This document shows, in pieces, positions 13,001 to 25,712 of a stretch of 53,861 nt of DNA. The position numbers were made by a program, and so were the translations under genes. This DNA is from Toensbergia leucococca (lineage: Eukaryota). The stretch lies in NCBI GenBank assembly GCA_022813965.1, contig JALDZS010000160.1, forward strand, positions 1-53,861. Direction: 5' to 3'. Under the pieces are notes generated by a model. The model had not been told where the DNA came from. It worked only from the letters and a program-made list of their open reading frames with translations, and did no database searches. Each line of letters opens with the position of its first letter. Position 1 is the stretch's first letter.

Positions 13001-14331
13001 CCTTCAAAATCTGAGGACGCCCGACCACCGGAGAGCTTAGAGGAAAAAGCTAAGCGACTTCGCAAAGAAGAACGGCGCAAATTGCATGTCACGTTCAAAC
13101 CGGACGAGAGTCTAGTTGAGACTCGGATTTTCGTGCATGACCCTGAAGAGGAAATGGGCCACGAAGAGAGTATGGTTCGTGACGTTGGTGATATCAGAGG
13201 CGAAGGGCAGATGTTGAAGATGCACCGAGACCTAGAGGTTACGGACGACGAGGAAGACGGCAACTCAGGCGAGGAGACCCTTGCTCCTTGGGTACTACCA
13301 ACTCGTGAGTCTATATGTTCAATGCATTGTTCTTTACTAACAGACCTATAGCAATTGATTTCAGTGTTATTGAGCGAGAAGAACTGGCACGGAATATTGT
13401 TACACGTGGTGGTAACGTCGAATTGAAGAGCCGTGAACGTGCGGTGCAAGAGCAACGAGAATTGACTACCCTCATGGTCGTCTACACTACAATCTCTGAC
13501 ATCCCGCCATCTCCTCGAGAACCGTCGGATCCATATTCAGGCGAGTCTAGCGTTGAGCAGCAATTTGGGATGCCACAAGAAGAGACCAAGGTATGTCCCC
13601 CGTACTCACTGTGTGAGATCTTTCAATGACTTGTAGTAGGCGCGTGAAGCTCGATTCTATGGCGAGCAAAGCCAGCCGCTTCGGCAGGTAAATCCGGTCG
13701 TAACGGGCCCAACCCAAACGCCAGATATCGGTGCATTGTTGAAGATACTCAACGGGCAACAGCAGCAAGCACCACAGCAGATTCAACAACAGCCTGTTAC
13801 TCAAGCGCCACCAAACGGGTTAGAGGCCATCTTTGCCAAATTTTCTGGTAACAATCTTCAGACGCCCCAGATGCCAACGCCCGTACCAGTACCGCAAGCG
13901 AGCACGCCGGGTTTTAATCTTCAAGCTGCTCTGGCAGCAATGGTGCAGCCTACGCAAGCTCGACCCGGATACACAGTACCTCCCACCAGTCAAACACCTG
14001 ATTTGCAGGCCATATTGTCGCAATTCAACCAGCAACCAGCCGCACAGATGCAAAATTATAATTACGCCAATCAGTATCAAGCGGATAGTGACCGCAAACG
14101 ACAATACGAATACGAATACGATGAGCAAAGCAATGGAGATTACGGACTTGGTAAGAATAAGAAAGCGAAAGGTGCAAACGAGAAGAAAAAAGTATGCTGA
14201 CACCCCACCCTGACGTGAAAGATTACCAAAGCTGATGGAATACCCAGTACCATGGCCCTAAATATCCATGCAAGTTCTGGCAGGAGGGAAAATGCAGAAA
14301 GGGTGACGATTGCACTTATTTGCATGAATGA
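10050..14331 (+). CDS. Ppn1/PNUTS-like PP1 regulatory subunit (TFIIS-N-like domain, RVxF-type motif, C-terminal CCCH zinc finger)
   Basis: LLEKTKVDKALQRLTKRG (TFIIS-N-like), KEERRKLHVTFKP (PP1-docking type), and terminal CKFWQEGKCRKGDDCTYLH. Introns 10590-10667, 10912-10964, 11028-11083, 11619-12119, 12223-12272, ~12818-12893, ~13305-13351, ~13591-13639 and 14192-14247. Confidence 0.75.
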
Positions 14332-14718
14332 ACATCTCTACATCCAAATAGACTAGAGTCAACCGGCTTGGGCAGCGCTCATACCGTTGATGTTCAGGCA
14401 CAATGAGCAGCTTTCCTCCGTGCCATCAGCGTTTTCCTTTGTCCGATTCCCTAGTATTTATTTAGCGGCATGATACCAGCTCGGTGCTTCTTCTGCATGC
14501 AAGAAATTGGCTTGCCATTCTCCCACATTTTGCGATTGTTGTATGATAGACTGGTGAAATAAAGGCATTATAGTCTACCTTCCACACTTCATTGATAGCT
14601 TCGTACTGATGTCATGCCACTGGGTCAAATTGCTCCGCAACACTAGGTAGGTAGTGTAGGTAACTCATTTTTTCTTGGGCTAGATGAGCAGGCTACCAAT
14701 ATACTGACACCTCTTTAG

Positions 14719-15947
14719 ATGGACATAATAATAGTCAACAAAAATAAGGATGTTTGGGACGCTAGCATTTCTCAATTACAGCAGGATACATCGGTCAATC
14801 ACCTAATAGTGGTTTGCTGCCATGCTATTTACCTTGGTGGGCCGAGTCTCGGTCTCGATGAAGTCGAGTGGTGAGTTACCTTTTACGAACTATTTCCTCT
14901 TTTGCACTCCCCGCCCCATTCATGAATAGATAGCAAAACGTTGCTCTCGTTGGCTCAATTTTGGCAAGCCCATCTTGACTTGTCAGTAGGGCCATCGAAT
15001 CTTTCCAAAAAGGCGAAACGCCAACTTTCATCGAGCATGCCAAAGCAGGGCTTCGGATCTTGGCCGAGAAGCCCAATTCTCTACTTGTGTTCTCCGGGTA
15101 TGGTAGCTAGGGTATCGTAATCTTTTTTTATATGAGCTTAACTTTATGCAGAGGACCGACGAAGTCTGAGAGGACTGGTCTTAGTGAGGCTCAATCTTAC
15201 TTGGTTGGTGACATGTTCAGTTCATCTCTGTGTGCTTGACATATAAAATTGGGCAGCTATGGGATTTGCTTCGGCACACTTCACTTAGCTTTCTCATGGC
15301 CAAAATCAGCATCTATCACATGTATTTCACTTTGCCCCTCTCACCATCCCCAATCATGACCACCATCTCATATCCATTGAGACTCCTAAATGACGCGTCA
15401 AACCCTCCAGAACCTCGCTCTCGCCAACTCCTTCTTCGCCAACCCCATTCCCGCCCGTCACATCGCCACCGAAACTCAAGCCACTGACTCCTACCAAAAC
15501 CTCCTCTTCTCCATTCTTCGCTTCCGCCAGCTCACCTCCCGCTATCCAGCCTCTATATCCATTGTCTCGCACGCTTTCAAATGCCGTCGCTTTCTTGATT
15601 TGCATTGCACCGCCATGCGGTGGCCGCGGGAGAAGCTTGCATTTGTGGGGATTGATCCGCCGGAGAGTGTGACGCCTAGGAGCGAGCTGGAACAGGGAGA
15701 GAGGGAGAGAGGGTGGGGGCTTTGGAGGGAGGATTTTTATGGGGTTGCGGGGGCGTTGGGAGGGAAGAGAGTGGCGAGAGGGTGGGGGCTGGAGGGATAT
15801 CAGGGGGAGGTGGATGAGGTGGTGAGAGGGTTGTTGGAGTGGAGAGGTGGGGAAAGCGGGGTCGAGATTTACGGCGGGGCGTTGCCTTGGGATGGAGAGC
15901 ATTCAGGCAAAGGTATCCAGAACGGTAATATTATATTTCACTATTGA
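14719..15947 (+). CDS. Conserved fungal protein of unknown function, YOR238W/SPAC57A10.07-like (DUF218-related)
   Basis: Exons give [14 protein letters not shown] / [18 protein letters not shown]...LLVFSG / GPTK...SEAQSYL / NLA...[11 protein letters not shown]...VSHAFK..RFLDLH. Introns 14871-14989, ~15098-15151 and ~15204-15410. The start is uncertain; a further upstream exon is possible. Confidence 0.75.
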
Positions 15948-15961
15948 CCTTAGTCCTTCTG

Positions 15962-16798
15962 TTATATCTTTTCACTTATCCAGATGGCACCCCGACATCC
16001 TCCCCGAATGACCTTATTTAATATGCTATATCCCCCAGCATCTTTGGCATCGTGCTCGACGGCAGTATCCAAATGCTCCAACTCTTCGTCTCTTATCCTC
16101 TTCAATGTCTCCACTAAGTCCCTTACCTCCTCTCCAATCTCTTCGCCTCTCTCCTCCATTTCCCGCATCCATTTCAACAACACCCGCACCTGCCCATTAT
16201 AGTGGCCCCCAATCTCCGTCTCCACCGCTTCCGTGCACGCCATGGCGGCTTCGCGGCCCATGACCGCCGTGCTCCATCCCAAGGCTGTGGCGGCGAATTT
16301 CCAGACTGGGTACATGGCTGTTGGGCGGATGCGGTGGCGGGCGAGGAGGGCATTAAAGGTAGAGAAGTGGCCTGCTTCTTGATCGTACATGTGCTGCATC
16401 AAGGGTCGGAGATGCGGGTGGGCGTTTACGAGAGGAGGGGTTTGGGCAGTATAAATTAAAGTTGCGGCGAGTTCCCCGGCTTGGTTGACGCGAAGCTAAG
16501 GGTGGAGATGTATTAGTGTTGAATAAGAAGGAGAAGTAATAGAGAACAGGGCTTGTACAGCGCTGTCCAGGAATTCACGCTGTTCTTGGGACAATGGGCG
16601 CCGCCGCTTGGCCTTGGATGTAGAGGTGAGGGTTTCAGGCTTAGGCTCTGTGGCTGGAGGCGCTGATGATGTGGTGATGGAGGCATATCTAAGCCGTGGA
16701 GAACTTCGGTTTAGGGCTGGCAAAAGGAAGTCACTGATGGATATATGATGAAGACATGTGGATCTATAGACAGAACGCAAAGTAGCCGCGGCGTCCAT
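15962..16798 (-). CDS. COQ7: 5-demethoxyubiquinone hydroxylase (di-iron)
   Basis: FLDSA|LRVNQAGELAA across intron 16558-16496; di-iron motifs QEAGH, EAVETEIGGHYN and RDEELEHLD; presequence-like N-terminus. Confidence 0.95.
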
Positions 16799-17219
16799 CT
16801 CGAAGAATTCAATTTTTGCTAATATCAACCTTACATTCGAATTTTGGGATCTTTCGCTTTGTCGGCCTGGGGACGCTAGTACAGATAAGGGGCGAATCGG
16901 AGTTGCGTCACGCGCTTATTTTCTTACCGCCATCCCGATTTAGAGTAACAGAACAAAGTGAATGTCAATGCCTGAAGTTAATGCCACTCGATGCATTCAC
17001 CTTAAATAATTAACCAACCTCCTCGATTTTCTACTTCGCTGCTTTCGCTGTGTTAACCCTCGATCTTCAAAACATCTGTCTTTCTTCCCGTAACGCATTC
17101 CATCTACTCACTGTGTGAGCCATTTTGAATACACCCGACTCTCCTTTATTGAACAACACTCGCTTTCTGGACAAAGCACTGCAGTTCAATAATACCAATC
17201 ACTTACTTGTTCTACGAAC

Positions 17220-19360
17220 ATGGCCGACCTTGACGCAGAACTCCTCGCTCTCGCGGGAGGCGATTCATCCGAAGATGAAGACACCAAACCAACTTCTACT
17301 ACTACTAAGGCTGACTCTCCCCCTTCCTCATCTGCGACTTCCGCTGGTAATCTTAACAATACCTCTACAAATAAATCCAATATAGCACAGAAGACTGCAA
17401 CCAAATCGAGGGCAGCAGCAAAAAAGTCTACCAAGAAGGGTAGGAGAGACGACTCTGAGGAGGAAGGAGAAGCGTAAGTGTTACTTCACTTGACGCTTGT
17501 CAAATTACTACCCCTCATACCCCTCATACCCAACAACGTACTTACTCTATGTGACACTTCAGGTCATCCGCGCCTGCATCTCCGAATTCGCTTCAGTCTG
17601 CCCCCATGGATGAGTCTGAGTCTGATGCATCTCCTGCTGTCGGCGCTGGCGACGATGGCCCAATTTTCCCTATCGAGAGCAAATTCTACTCTGAAAAAGA
17701 TCGAGCCGAAATCATGGCGTTATCTGAGGTTCAGCGCGAATCGATTCTTGCCGAGCGTGCTCAGATCCTTGAACGCAAATTACAAGACTCGCATCTTCGA
17801 CGCTTGCTTCATGCTAGGGAGAATGCAGGGTCCAAGTCAATCGACAAGAAGAAGCGTAAAGCTGGTGCGGCGGATTTGGAAGATGTCCAGCGAAAGAGTT
17901 CTCGACAAAAGACTACCCTTGGTGGGCGCAAGGTCGGAGAAACCTCCGACGCCATCGAAGCATACAAACGTCAGCGAGAGCAAAAGGGCTTGCGAGACGA
18001 GCAGAGGAGACGTGAAGGAGAACTGCAGAGAGAGCGGAAGAGACGTGGTTCTGTCGAGGATGGCTACTCTGATGCAGATGCTGAAGGAGAGAGCGAGGTC
18101 GAGTGGGATGATGGAAAGCTCAAGGCTTCAGACTCAATGTTCCGTGATGAACAGCCGGCCCAGCTTGTCGACTTCGAGCGTGTTCGTGTCGGTCGAGACA
18201 ATTTTGCCAAAGTTTGTTACTATCCTGGTTTCGACGAGGCTATCAAGAATTGTTTTGCTCGAATTAGCATTGGACCCGATAAATCAACCGGGCAGAATGT
18301 CTATCGTTTAGCACTTATCAAAGGTAAATAGTACTCATGGTATCGCAAACCCCATGTCTAACATAGTCAAGGGTTTACCGAAGGCAAACCTTACGCTATG
18401 GAAGGTGTGAACGGCAAGCCTTTTACGACTAATCAATACGCTGTGATTGCTGTTGGCAAATCTGAAAAGGAATGGCCGTTTCTAGCGTGCTCCAACTCAA
18501 AATTCACAGAGGTACGTCAGAGATTCGTGTCTTGATGGCTTGGTCTAACGGCTTAGGCGGAATTTGATCGCTACAAGAAGACGATGGTCGAAGAAGATCT
18601 GCCGCTTCCTACCAAGCCGTACCTAATCTCAAAAATTGAGGACATCAATGCGCTACTCAATCATCGATTCACCGACGAGGAGATCCAAGAGAAGTTAAAA
18701 CGGTCGGGCGTATTGCAGAATCGCTATTCTACGTTGGACCGCCACGCAATCGCGAGGCGCCGCAAGGATGCAGAAGCCCGCGGCGACGAAGCAGCAATCG
18801 CTAAACTCGATAGCGAGCTTGCAGCGTTGGAAGGACCGAAGCTTGCTTTTGGGACTAGCCTTCGCAAAGCACCAGCCAAACCGAGCGTACTCGCAGGTGA
18901 GAGCCAACAAGAGCGTCTGGCAGCACTCAATCGAGCCAATCGTAAAGCAAACTCCGAAGACGTTCGTAAGGCTCAGCTTGCCGAGAGAAAAGCCGAAGCT
19001 CTCGCTCGCAAAGCTGTGGAGCGTGGAGAAGCAATGGTAAATCCATTTGCACGAGTAAAGACACGAGCCAAGGTCCACTACGACGTCAACGGTGATTCCC
19101 TTGCCCCTCCGACTTCCGGCCGCGGTTTAGATGATCTCTTCGAGGGCAACAGTCGGGACATTAGCCGCGCTGGAACGCCACTGAGTGTAAACGGACAGAA
19201 CACGCCAAATCGAGCTGGAACGCCAAAGAGAAGCGGCACACCTCTACTGGTCAAGCAGAACAACGAAGACAGCAAACCAGGATTGCCAGTCATTCGTAAG
19301 CGAAATATGGATGATGACTTAATTGCTGCTATGGATTTGGGCATCGAGATTGATATCTAG
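17220..19360 (+). CDS. RTF1: Paf1 complex subunit Rtf1 (Plus3 domain)
   Basis: MADLDAELLALAG, HMD-like LSEVQRESILAER, Plus3 region (CFARISIGP...VYRLALIKG), NPFARVKTR and C-terminal DLGIEIDI. Introns 17474-17562, 18324-18371 and 18512-18556. Confidence 0.93.
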
Positions 19361-19806
19361 GGGTTCATGAGGATTTGTTCGGCAAGTTGTGTGTAGTGAT
19401 CAGAGGTTTTCAATGACACGATTCTTCAAGCCAGTGATCGAGGAGTTATGTTTTCAGCCCGGCGTTCACTGTGTTATGTTCGGTAGCTTCTCCATTCGGT
19501 AGACTGCAAAATCAGTGCAAGGTGCATGAGATGATATGGAAACCAGGTGCACTGAAGTGCGAGAAACGTCTGGACTTGGAAAAGTGTCTTAGATAGACAA
19601 GATCACTATAGATAGAGAGCGTTGCAGATAAACAAGTTGAATCACACGAAACCTGTTGCATCTTGTGATGATTGGAGTCTTCAATTGAATGGAGGAGGCA
19701 TTGAGGTACAAGGCGAGCAAGGAGCAAGGGTACTCCGCTGCTTAACCTTACTCTAGGTGTTGATAGGGTATGAACCCTTGTCGGCTATTTATAATAGCTT
19801 CACTTG

Positions 19807-19818
19807 ACGCGTTCGCGT
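19807..19818. promoter_or_regulatory. MCB (MluI cell-cycle box) elements upstream of MRC1
   Basis: ACGCGT at 19807-19812 is followed directly by TCGCGT, about 120 bp before the MRC1 ATG. MRC1/mrc1 is an established MBF target in yeasts. Confidence 0.65.
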
Positions 19819-19937
19819 CGCCTTGGCTCATCGCGGAAAACCTCTCTAAACTCCAATCCATGGAAAAGGAAACAAAGATTCAATAGCCGTAAGATACTGA
19901 GAACAAAAGCAGTAGGTGTGCTGTGTTAAAAATCAAC

Positions 19938-22900
19938 ATGTCTCTACAATCCACACCAGCCCGTTCAAATGTCACTTCTGCATCGTCGACGCCATCAAAT
20001 AATCAGCATAGCCGAACACCGGAACAGCTCACGCCGCGCAGCAAGATCAAGGCTCTGGTCGCCCAGTTTGAAAGTGATACAGATTCTGAAAATGCGGACA
20101 GAATAACAAAGTCACAAGGAGATGCCATCGCGAAAGGTCCGGCATATCACACTGTGGAGAAGAGCGACGCAGCACCAACTGAAAGCAATGCGTCTCCGGA
20201 AACTGAAGATGAAGATGAAGATTCAGAAGACGAGCCTGTAGTGCCGAAGGGCAGATTGGCCGCTCGGCTACACAAACAGAGTGGAATTTATGGCCAGCTT
20301 AGATCAGATAGCAAGAGTGAGCTTGTCAGCAATGCCTACGAGCGGGTCAAGAAGCAGATGACAGCGGCAGCGGCAAAGAAACCAAATAATCTGCGTTCCA
20401 CATCTGGAGACGTCACATCCAGCGATGATACAACAATGCTTGAGGCGCCCAGGCGCCGGAAAAAGCAAGCGATCATCAGTTCGGATAGTTCCCGGTCAGC
20501 ATCTCCGATTCCGGACTTAAGCCGATTACGTTCGTTGCCAGGTCTAATCCTCACGCCCGGAAAAGCTTCAGCGCCTGCGTCTACGAGAGCACTGGCACAG
20601 GATGACGACTCAGACGAAGACCTTCCCGCAAATCCTCAAACAAATGCTCGTCTTAGCTTACTTCTTGCTCGAAAGGCGGAGGAACGCGAGGCAAAGGAAG
20701 CAGCTGAGGCTCAGAAGAAGGCAAAGAGGGAGAGTCAGTTCCGACGGCAGTCCAAGAACAAATCTAAGCACCGGACCGCCACCAGCTCTGGCGTTTCCGA
20801 GAACGACAGCGATGATAGTGCCGCCGGCAGGAAGCTAACTCAGCAAGCTCGACCGACGCGCAAAGCCAGTAAGAAAGCACTGGAGGAGATGAATAGAGAG
20901 ACGCAACGAATGAGTCGGAACATGCAGCTGGCACATCAAGCCAAGACAAAGAAGAAGATCACCAAGGAGAGCTTCTTTGCACGATTCAATTTTGCGAGTA
21001 ACACTCCTGTGAACGCAGCTACTGCCCAGGCACCTACTTCCTCTACTGTTGCAAGCTCAGCCCCAGCGTCAGATGCTGAGATTGGTCAAAGACGGGACAC
21101 CCCTTCCACGAGCCCTATCGCCTTAGGTGATGTTTCACTAAAGTCTTCGGTCCAAAAACTGAGTACAGAGCATGCAAGTCTCGAGCCCGACAAACAAGTA
21201 ATAGATGTCGAAGAAGAACTGCCAAGCATGTTTGACCTTCTGACTCAGCCCGTATTATGTCTTGACAAAGGTAAAGGCAAGACCGTCGAAGATGCTCCAT
21301 TAGAGCCAGCCACATTCTCAGAAAAACCTAAGAAATGGGCATTCACGCAGCCACCTGTCAAAGTGCACCCGCCAAAGAGGTCAACTCGGCCTTCAAACCA
21401 TCATGCGAGCTCAGATAGTGACCTTGAGATTATGCCGACTAGCAGACTGAAACCAACAAAGCTCGACGTTTTTGCTCGCCTGCCTGCTCAAAATATTACC
21501 CAAGGAAGACCTCTTCAGACTTTACGCGCCCTTGCTCACTTGACCTCTCCAAGCAAGCAGATTTTTAAGCCAAAAGCTTCCATGACGCCAGCGGAGATGC
21601 ATATGTCACTGCAGCGACGTGCAAGGCAGCAAGCTGCCAAGGAGCGAGCCGAGAAAATCCAAGACTTGAAGGATAGGGGAATCGTGGTACAAACAGCCGA
21701 GGAAAGGGAGCATGATCAAGCGGCAGTGGAGGATCTTGTAGAAAAGGCGCGAAAAGAGGCCGAGGATATTGGGAAGAAAGAGAAAGACGCAGCGAAGAAG
21801 AGGAAGAGGGAGAACGGGGAAGATCAAGCTTTAGTGGATTCTAGCGACGATGACCAAAGTTATCAAGGAAGTGTATTAGAAGAGTCGGATATCGACATCT
21901 CTGGATCTGAGGAGGAAGGACAGGTTGGCGGGGATGGAGACGATGAGCTGGAAGACGATATAGAAGCGGACGATGACGATGAAGAAGGAGGAGTCGCCGT
22001 GAACAGCCGCGAGTTAGGCCTTGTTGATGATGAGGCTTCTGAAGGAAGTAATGATGAAAATGATAGTGAGAAGGACGAAGATGACGAAGAAGAATTGCCT
22101 GTAATACAGATCAATCGGAGAAGCAGAACGAATCGTATCGTCGATGATGAAGACGAGGAAGATGGGGTTGAAAGTCAGGTTTCTTCATTCGTACCAGGAT
22201 CTGTGGATACCGCCCTATTTCCTGGTCTTCTGGTTCCGGAAAAACTACCAATGGGATTAACCCAGGCCTTTGCAGCTACAATGGCGGACTCTCAAACGCA
22301 GCTCATTGAGGGTGGCGCCGATGTTGAGCAAGATTCTATGGATTTTGTAGGTCCGATTTCGGCTCCTGATTTCCCTATGATAGATATCGATGATTCTCGG
22401 AATGTCATCCCGGATAGTCAGATTGGTATAGCAATAGACACGGCATCTACTGTACCGGAAATTGACCTCCACGTCTCGCAATCGCAAATACACTACGATC
22501 AATCATGGGACATTCAAGGCTTTCCCATAGCTACACAATGTTCTGAGATACCTGACCCCACACAGGATGTGGGATTCGAAAGATCTTCCCCAATTGTCGG
22601 TCGGTTTGTATCTACTCCGCCATCTACCGTAGACACACTTCTTCTTTCTGGCTTTGCTAGGGATGCTTCTCCCATTGTGAGAAGGAAAGGACGTTTGCGT
22701 CTGCGAACCGAAGCTGTTTCGATTCTCTCTGATCTGGACGAAGATGATGTGAGTTCTCAACAAGAAAACCCCGATTTTGCGATTCGAGCCAGTGCATTTG
22801 ATGTCATGAAAAAGGCCGTGACAAAATCGACAATTGCTACAGATGTTTTTGATAAGAGCAAAAGCGAGGCGAAAGGCATGGTTGAGGAGCAGGCACAGGA

Positions 22901-24100
22901 GTCTGAGGATGAGTATGCAGGTCTTGGAGGAGCGAGTGATGACGAGAGCGCAGGAGAGGTAGACGAGGAGGTCCGGAAGATGATAGATGAGGGCGAGGTG
23001 AAGGTTGATGAGAGACAGCTAGCTGCATTTTATGCGTAAGTCGTTACGATGTTAGACCTGATCAGTACCTGGCTAATTTCCCGCACAGGGACAAGACTCG
23101 TGTCGACGATGAAAAGGCCGTGGAAAAACTGTTCAAGAATATCAATAGTGGCATGCTACGTCGAAAAAGAGGCGCTGAATTCGATCTGTCGGATTCCGAT
23201 GACGATGTCGAAGCTCGCAAAAGAGCGAAGAGAAGGAATCATGACAAGATGATGAAGGCACTACTCGAGAACGCAAACGTGGGCAAGATCGCCGAGGATC
23301 CAAAGAAGACCGCTTTTCTCCGAGCCATCGAAGACCGGGAGGACAATGATGATCTGGATTTTCTTGAACAGGCAGACAATTCTCTTCCGACGGACGTCAA
23401 TACTCAAGAAGAAGCCAACTCACAGACCCAATCTAATGCACAAAACATCTCTCTCACGAAACGCAAACAACCACTCCAGGAATCCATTCCCGACAGCGCA
23501 AATCGCCCTCCACCACAGGCACGCCGTACCAGGATTGCCAAGAAACCCTCCACCCTCGCCGAGTTGAGCAACGCCATATCATTCCTCATTGAAGAACCCC
23601 ACGCCCTTCCCATCCAACCCGCTTCCGAATCTTCCGACGAAGAAGCCAACCAAGACTCCCACCTTCCCCGTCAGAACGACCAAGACCCCTTCGCCAACCG
23701 CCGCCGCACAAACCCCATCATCGACCGCATCTCCCTAAAGCGCGCCGAATCCGCCTCCACGGCATCCAACACCACCAAGCTCGCCTTCTATGACCCAGCC
23801 ACCGGGCCCACACCCGGGTTCCGCGTCCCAAGCCTCCTCCGCCGCGCCACCACGCAGGTCACCAACGTTGACAACCATGGCATCACGGCCGGGACCGAGC
23901 GGGCAGCTGGCGGTGGAGAACAGGGAGACTTCGTCAGAAGAGGCGGCACGAAAAAGAGTAGTATCAACTACCATGCGCGGGAGGCGGAGAAGAGTCGGGT
24001 TTTGAAGGAAGGGGAGAAGAAGAGGAGGGAGGGACGGGCGAAGATGGCGGGTGAGAGGAGGAGCATGTTGGGGATTTTGGGCGCCGGAAGTTTTGATTGA
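19938..24100 (+). CDS. MRC1: Mediator of replication checkpoint Mrc1 (claspin-like)
   Basis: RKASKKALEEMNRETQRMSRNMQL and the MRC1 domain EEQAQESEDEYAGLGGASDDE...LFKNINSGMLRRKR; TQ/SQ clusters. Intron 23036-23088. Confidence 0.9.
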
Positions 24101-24225
24101 GTTTTCTTGTCTGTATTCTTGTTGGTCGACAAGCGCTTGGATTGCGGAGACTTGGGGGTATCGAGGCTAAAGGAAGCATATCAGAGAATTGCAAAACATC
24201 CATCCCACCACTCGCTCCTTTGATT

Positions 24226-25322
24226 TCATCCCTCAAAAAACCCCCCTCTCCCTCCCCCTCTCCCTCTTCCCCCGCCTCCCTCCTCCCCCAAAACCCGCCA
24301 CAAAACCCCAACCGCCCACCTCTCCCCCAAACACTCCACCTCCCACACCGGCCTCCCCACCCCAACCACACTCCCCACCCTCACCTCCTCCCCCGCACCA
24401 ACAAGTATCCACCCCCTCCCTACCCCCTCCCCACGCTCTCTCACAATCATGCTCCTCCCCCCGCTCATCACCTCCCCCACCACCATCTCCACCGCCCATT
24501 TCCCTTGCTCCGGCTGCTGTTGCCTCCTTTGGGCGGCGGGGTGCGGTGTGGAGGTTTCGAGGATCCAGGCGCGGAGGGTGCTGGCGAGGCCGTTTGGGAG
24601 GTATTTTGTTCGGGGGGGTGGGGAGAGGAGGAGTGGTTGTTGTTGTTGTTGTTGTTGGGTGGGTGGGGAGGGAGGGGGGAGGAATTTGTTGGTGGGGTTT
24701 TTGTGGTGGTGGTGGTGGTGGGGTGGTGGTGGTGGGGGGGTTTGCGGTGGGAGGAAGTGCGGGGTTTGGTGTGGGGGAGGGGGTGGGGGGGTGGTGGTTT
24801 TGCGTCTTTTTTGGGGGGGAGAGGGGGAGTGCGGGGAGGGGAAGGGGGAGGAGGGGGAGATTTCTTCGCGTTGTTGTTGTTGGGGTTTGGGTGGTTGTGG
24901 GAGGAGGGGGAGGAGGAGGAGGCGGGAGGAGGGGAGGGGTGGTGGGGAGGTGGGTGTTGGGGCTGGGTTTGGATTGGGAGGGTCTTTTGGGTGGGGGTTG
25001 GTGGTGGTGGTGGGTGTTTTGAAGGAGAAGGTTGGGGGGCGGGCGAATTGTGGGGTGTGGTTTTGAGGGCGCTGGTGCTGGTGCTGGTGCTGTGGGAGGG
25101 GCGTTTGGGGGAGTGGTTTCGGTGGTGGGTGGAGCTGGTGGGTGTTGGATGGGGGTTTTGTTATGGGCGTGGCTGGATTGGGCGTGGGTGTTGTTGGGGC
25201 GGGGAGGAGGAAGCGGTGGGGGGTTGGTGTCTGTTGTGTGGGTTGGTTGGTGAGTGGGTTTGTGTGCGGGTTGAAAGGTTGGGAGGGCGGAAGGGACGTA
25301 CGTTTGGGGGTTGAGGGGCCAT
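24226..25322 (-). CDS. Conserved-type Pezizomycotina hypothetical protein, Pro/Thr-rich N-terminus with a folded C-terminal domain
   Basis: ATG 25322 gives MAPQPPN; intron 25301-25231 (GTACGT...CAG); then a stop-free 1005-nt exon: TPTPHRFLLP...PQFARPPTFSF...KYLPNGLASTLRAWILETS...VVGVGRPVWEVECLGERWAVGVLW. The ORF track shows only 24226-24492 of this frame. Confidence 0.7.
24636..24657 (+). repeat. (GTT)7 microsatellite inside a coding low-complexity G-rich tract
   Basis: gttgttgttgttgttgttgttg is read directly in the sequence. Confidence 0.9.
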
Positions 25323-25712
25323 TGCGAGGGAGGCAGAGGGGCTTGTTTAGTTGGTATTCTTGGTTTTGAGGGGGTGGATGAGGTGGAAAGGGCTTTGTGG
25401 ACTGTTGACTTCATTGGGGCTTAGGTGGGTGCTAGGAACTTCAATCCCTACCACTGAGAAAGTTTTGAAGGTCTTTGTTGCTCATGTAGAACGAGCTATA
25501 TGTTCCTAGATGCATGATGATGTCTTAGTGCTGACGTTGCAGCTCGTCCTGCAGAGATGGAAGAAATGGATATATTCGTTCAAACTCGCTATTCTCTCCT
25601 GGAAAAGGCATACGCTACTTACTACACAATTCAAGGGGTAAGAGAGGCCTCGAATGTACTAGCTTAAGCACCTGACCTTAACCCCATCACTCTGCCCTCT
25701 CTTCCCCCAAGA

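Noticed and set aside
24097..25414. Long overlapping ORFs (405, 277, 393 and 205 aa)
   Set aside because: These are artefacts of stop-codon depletion in G/C-skewed DNA. The spliced minus-strand frame ending at 24226 carries the protein-like motifs.
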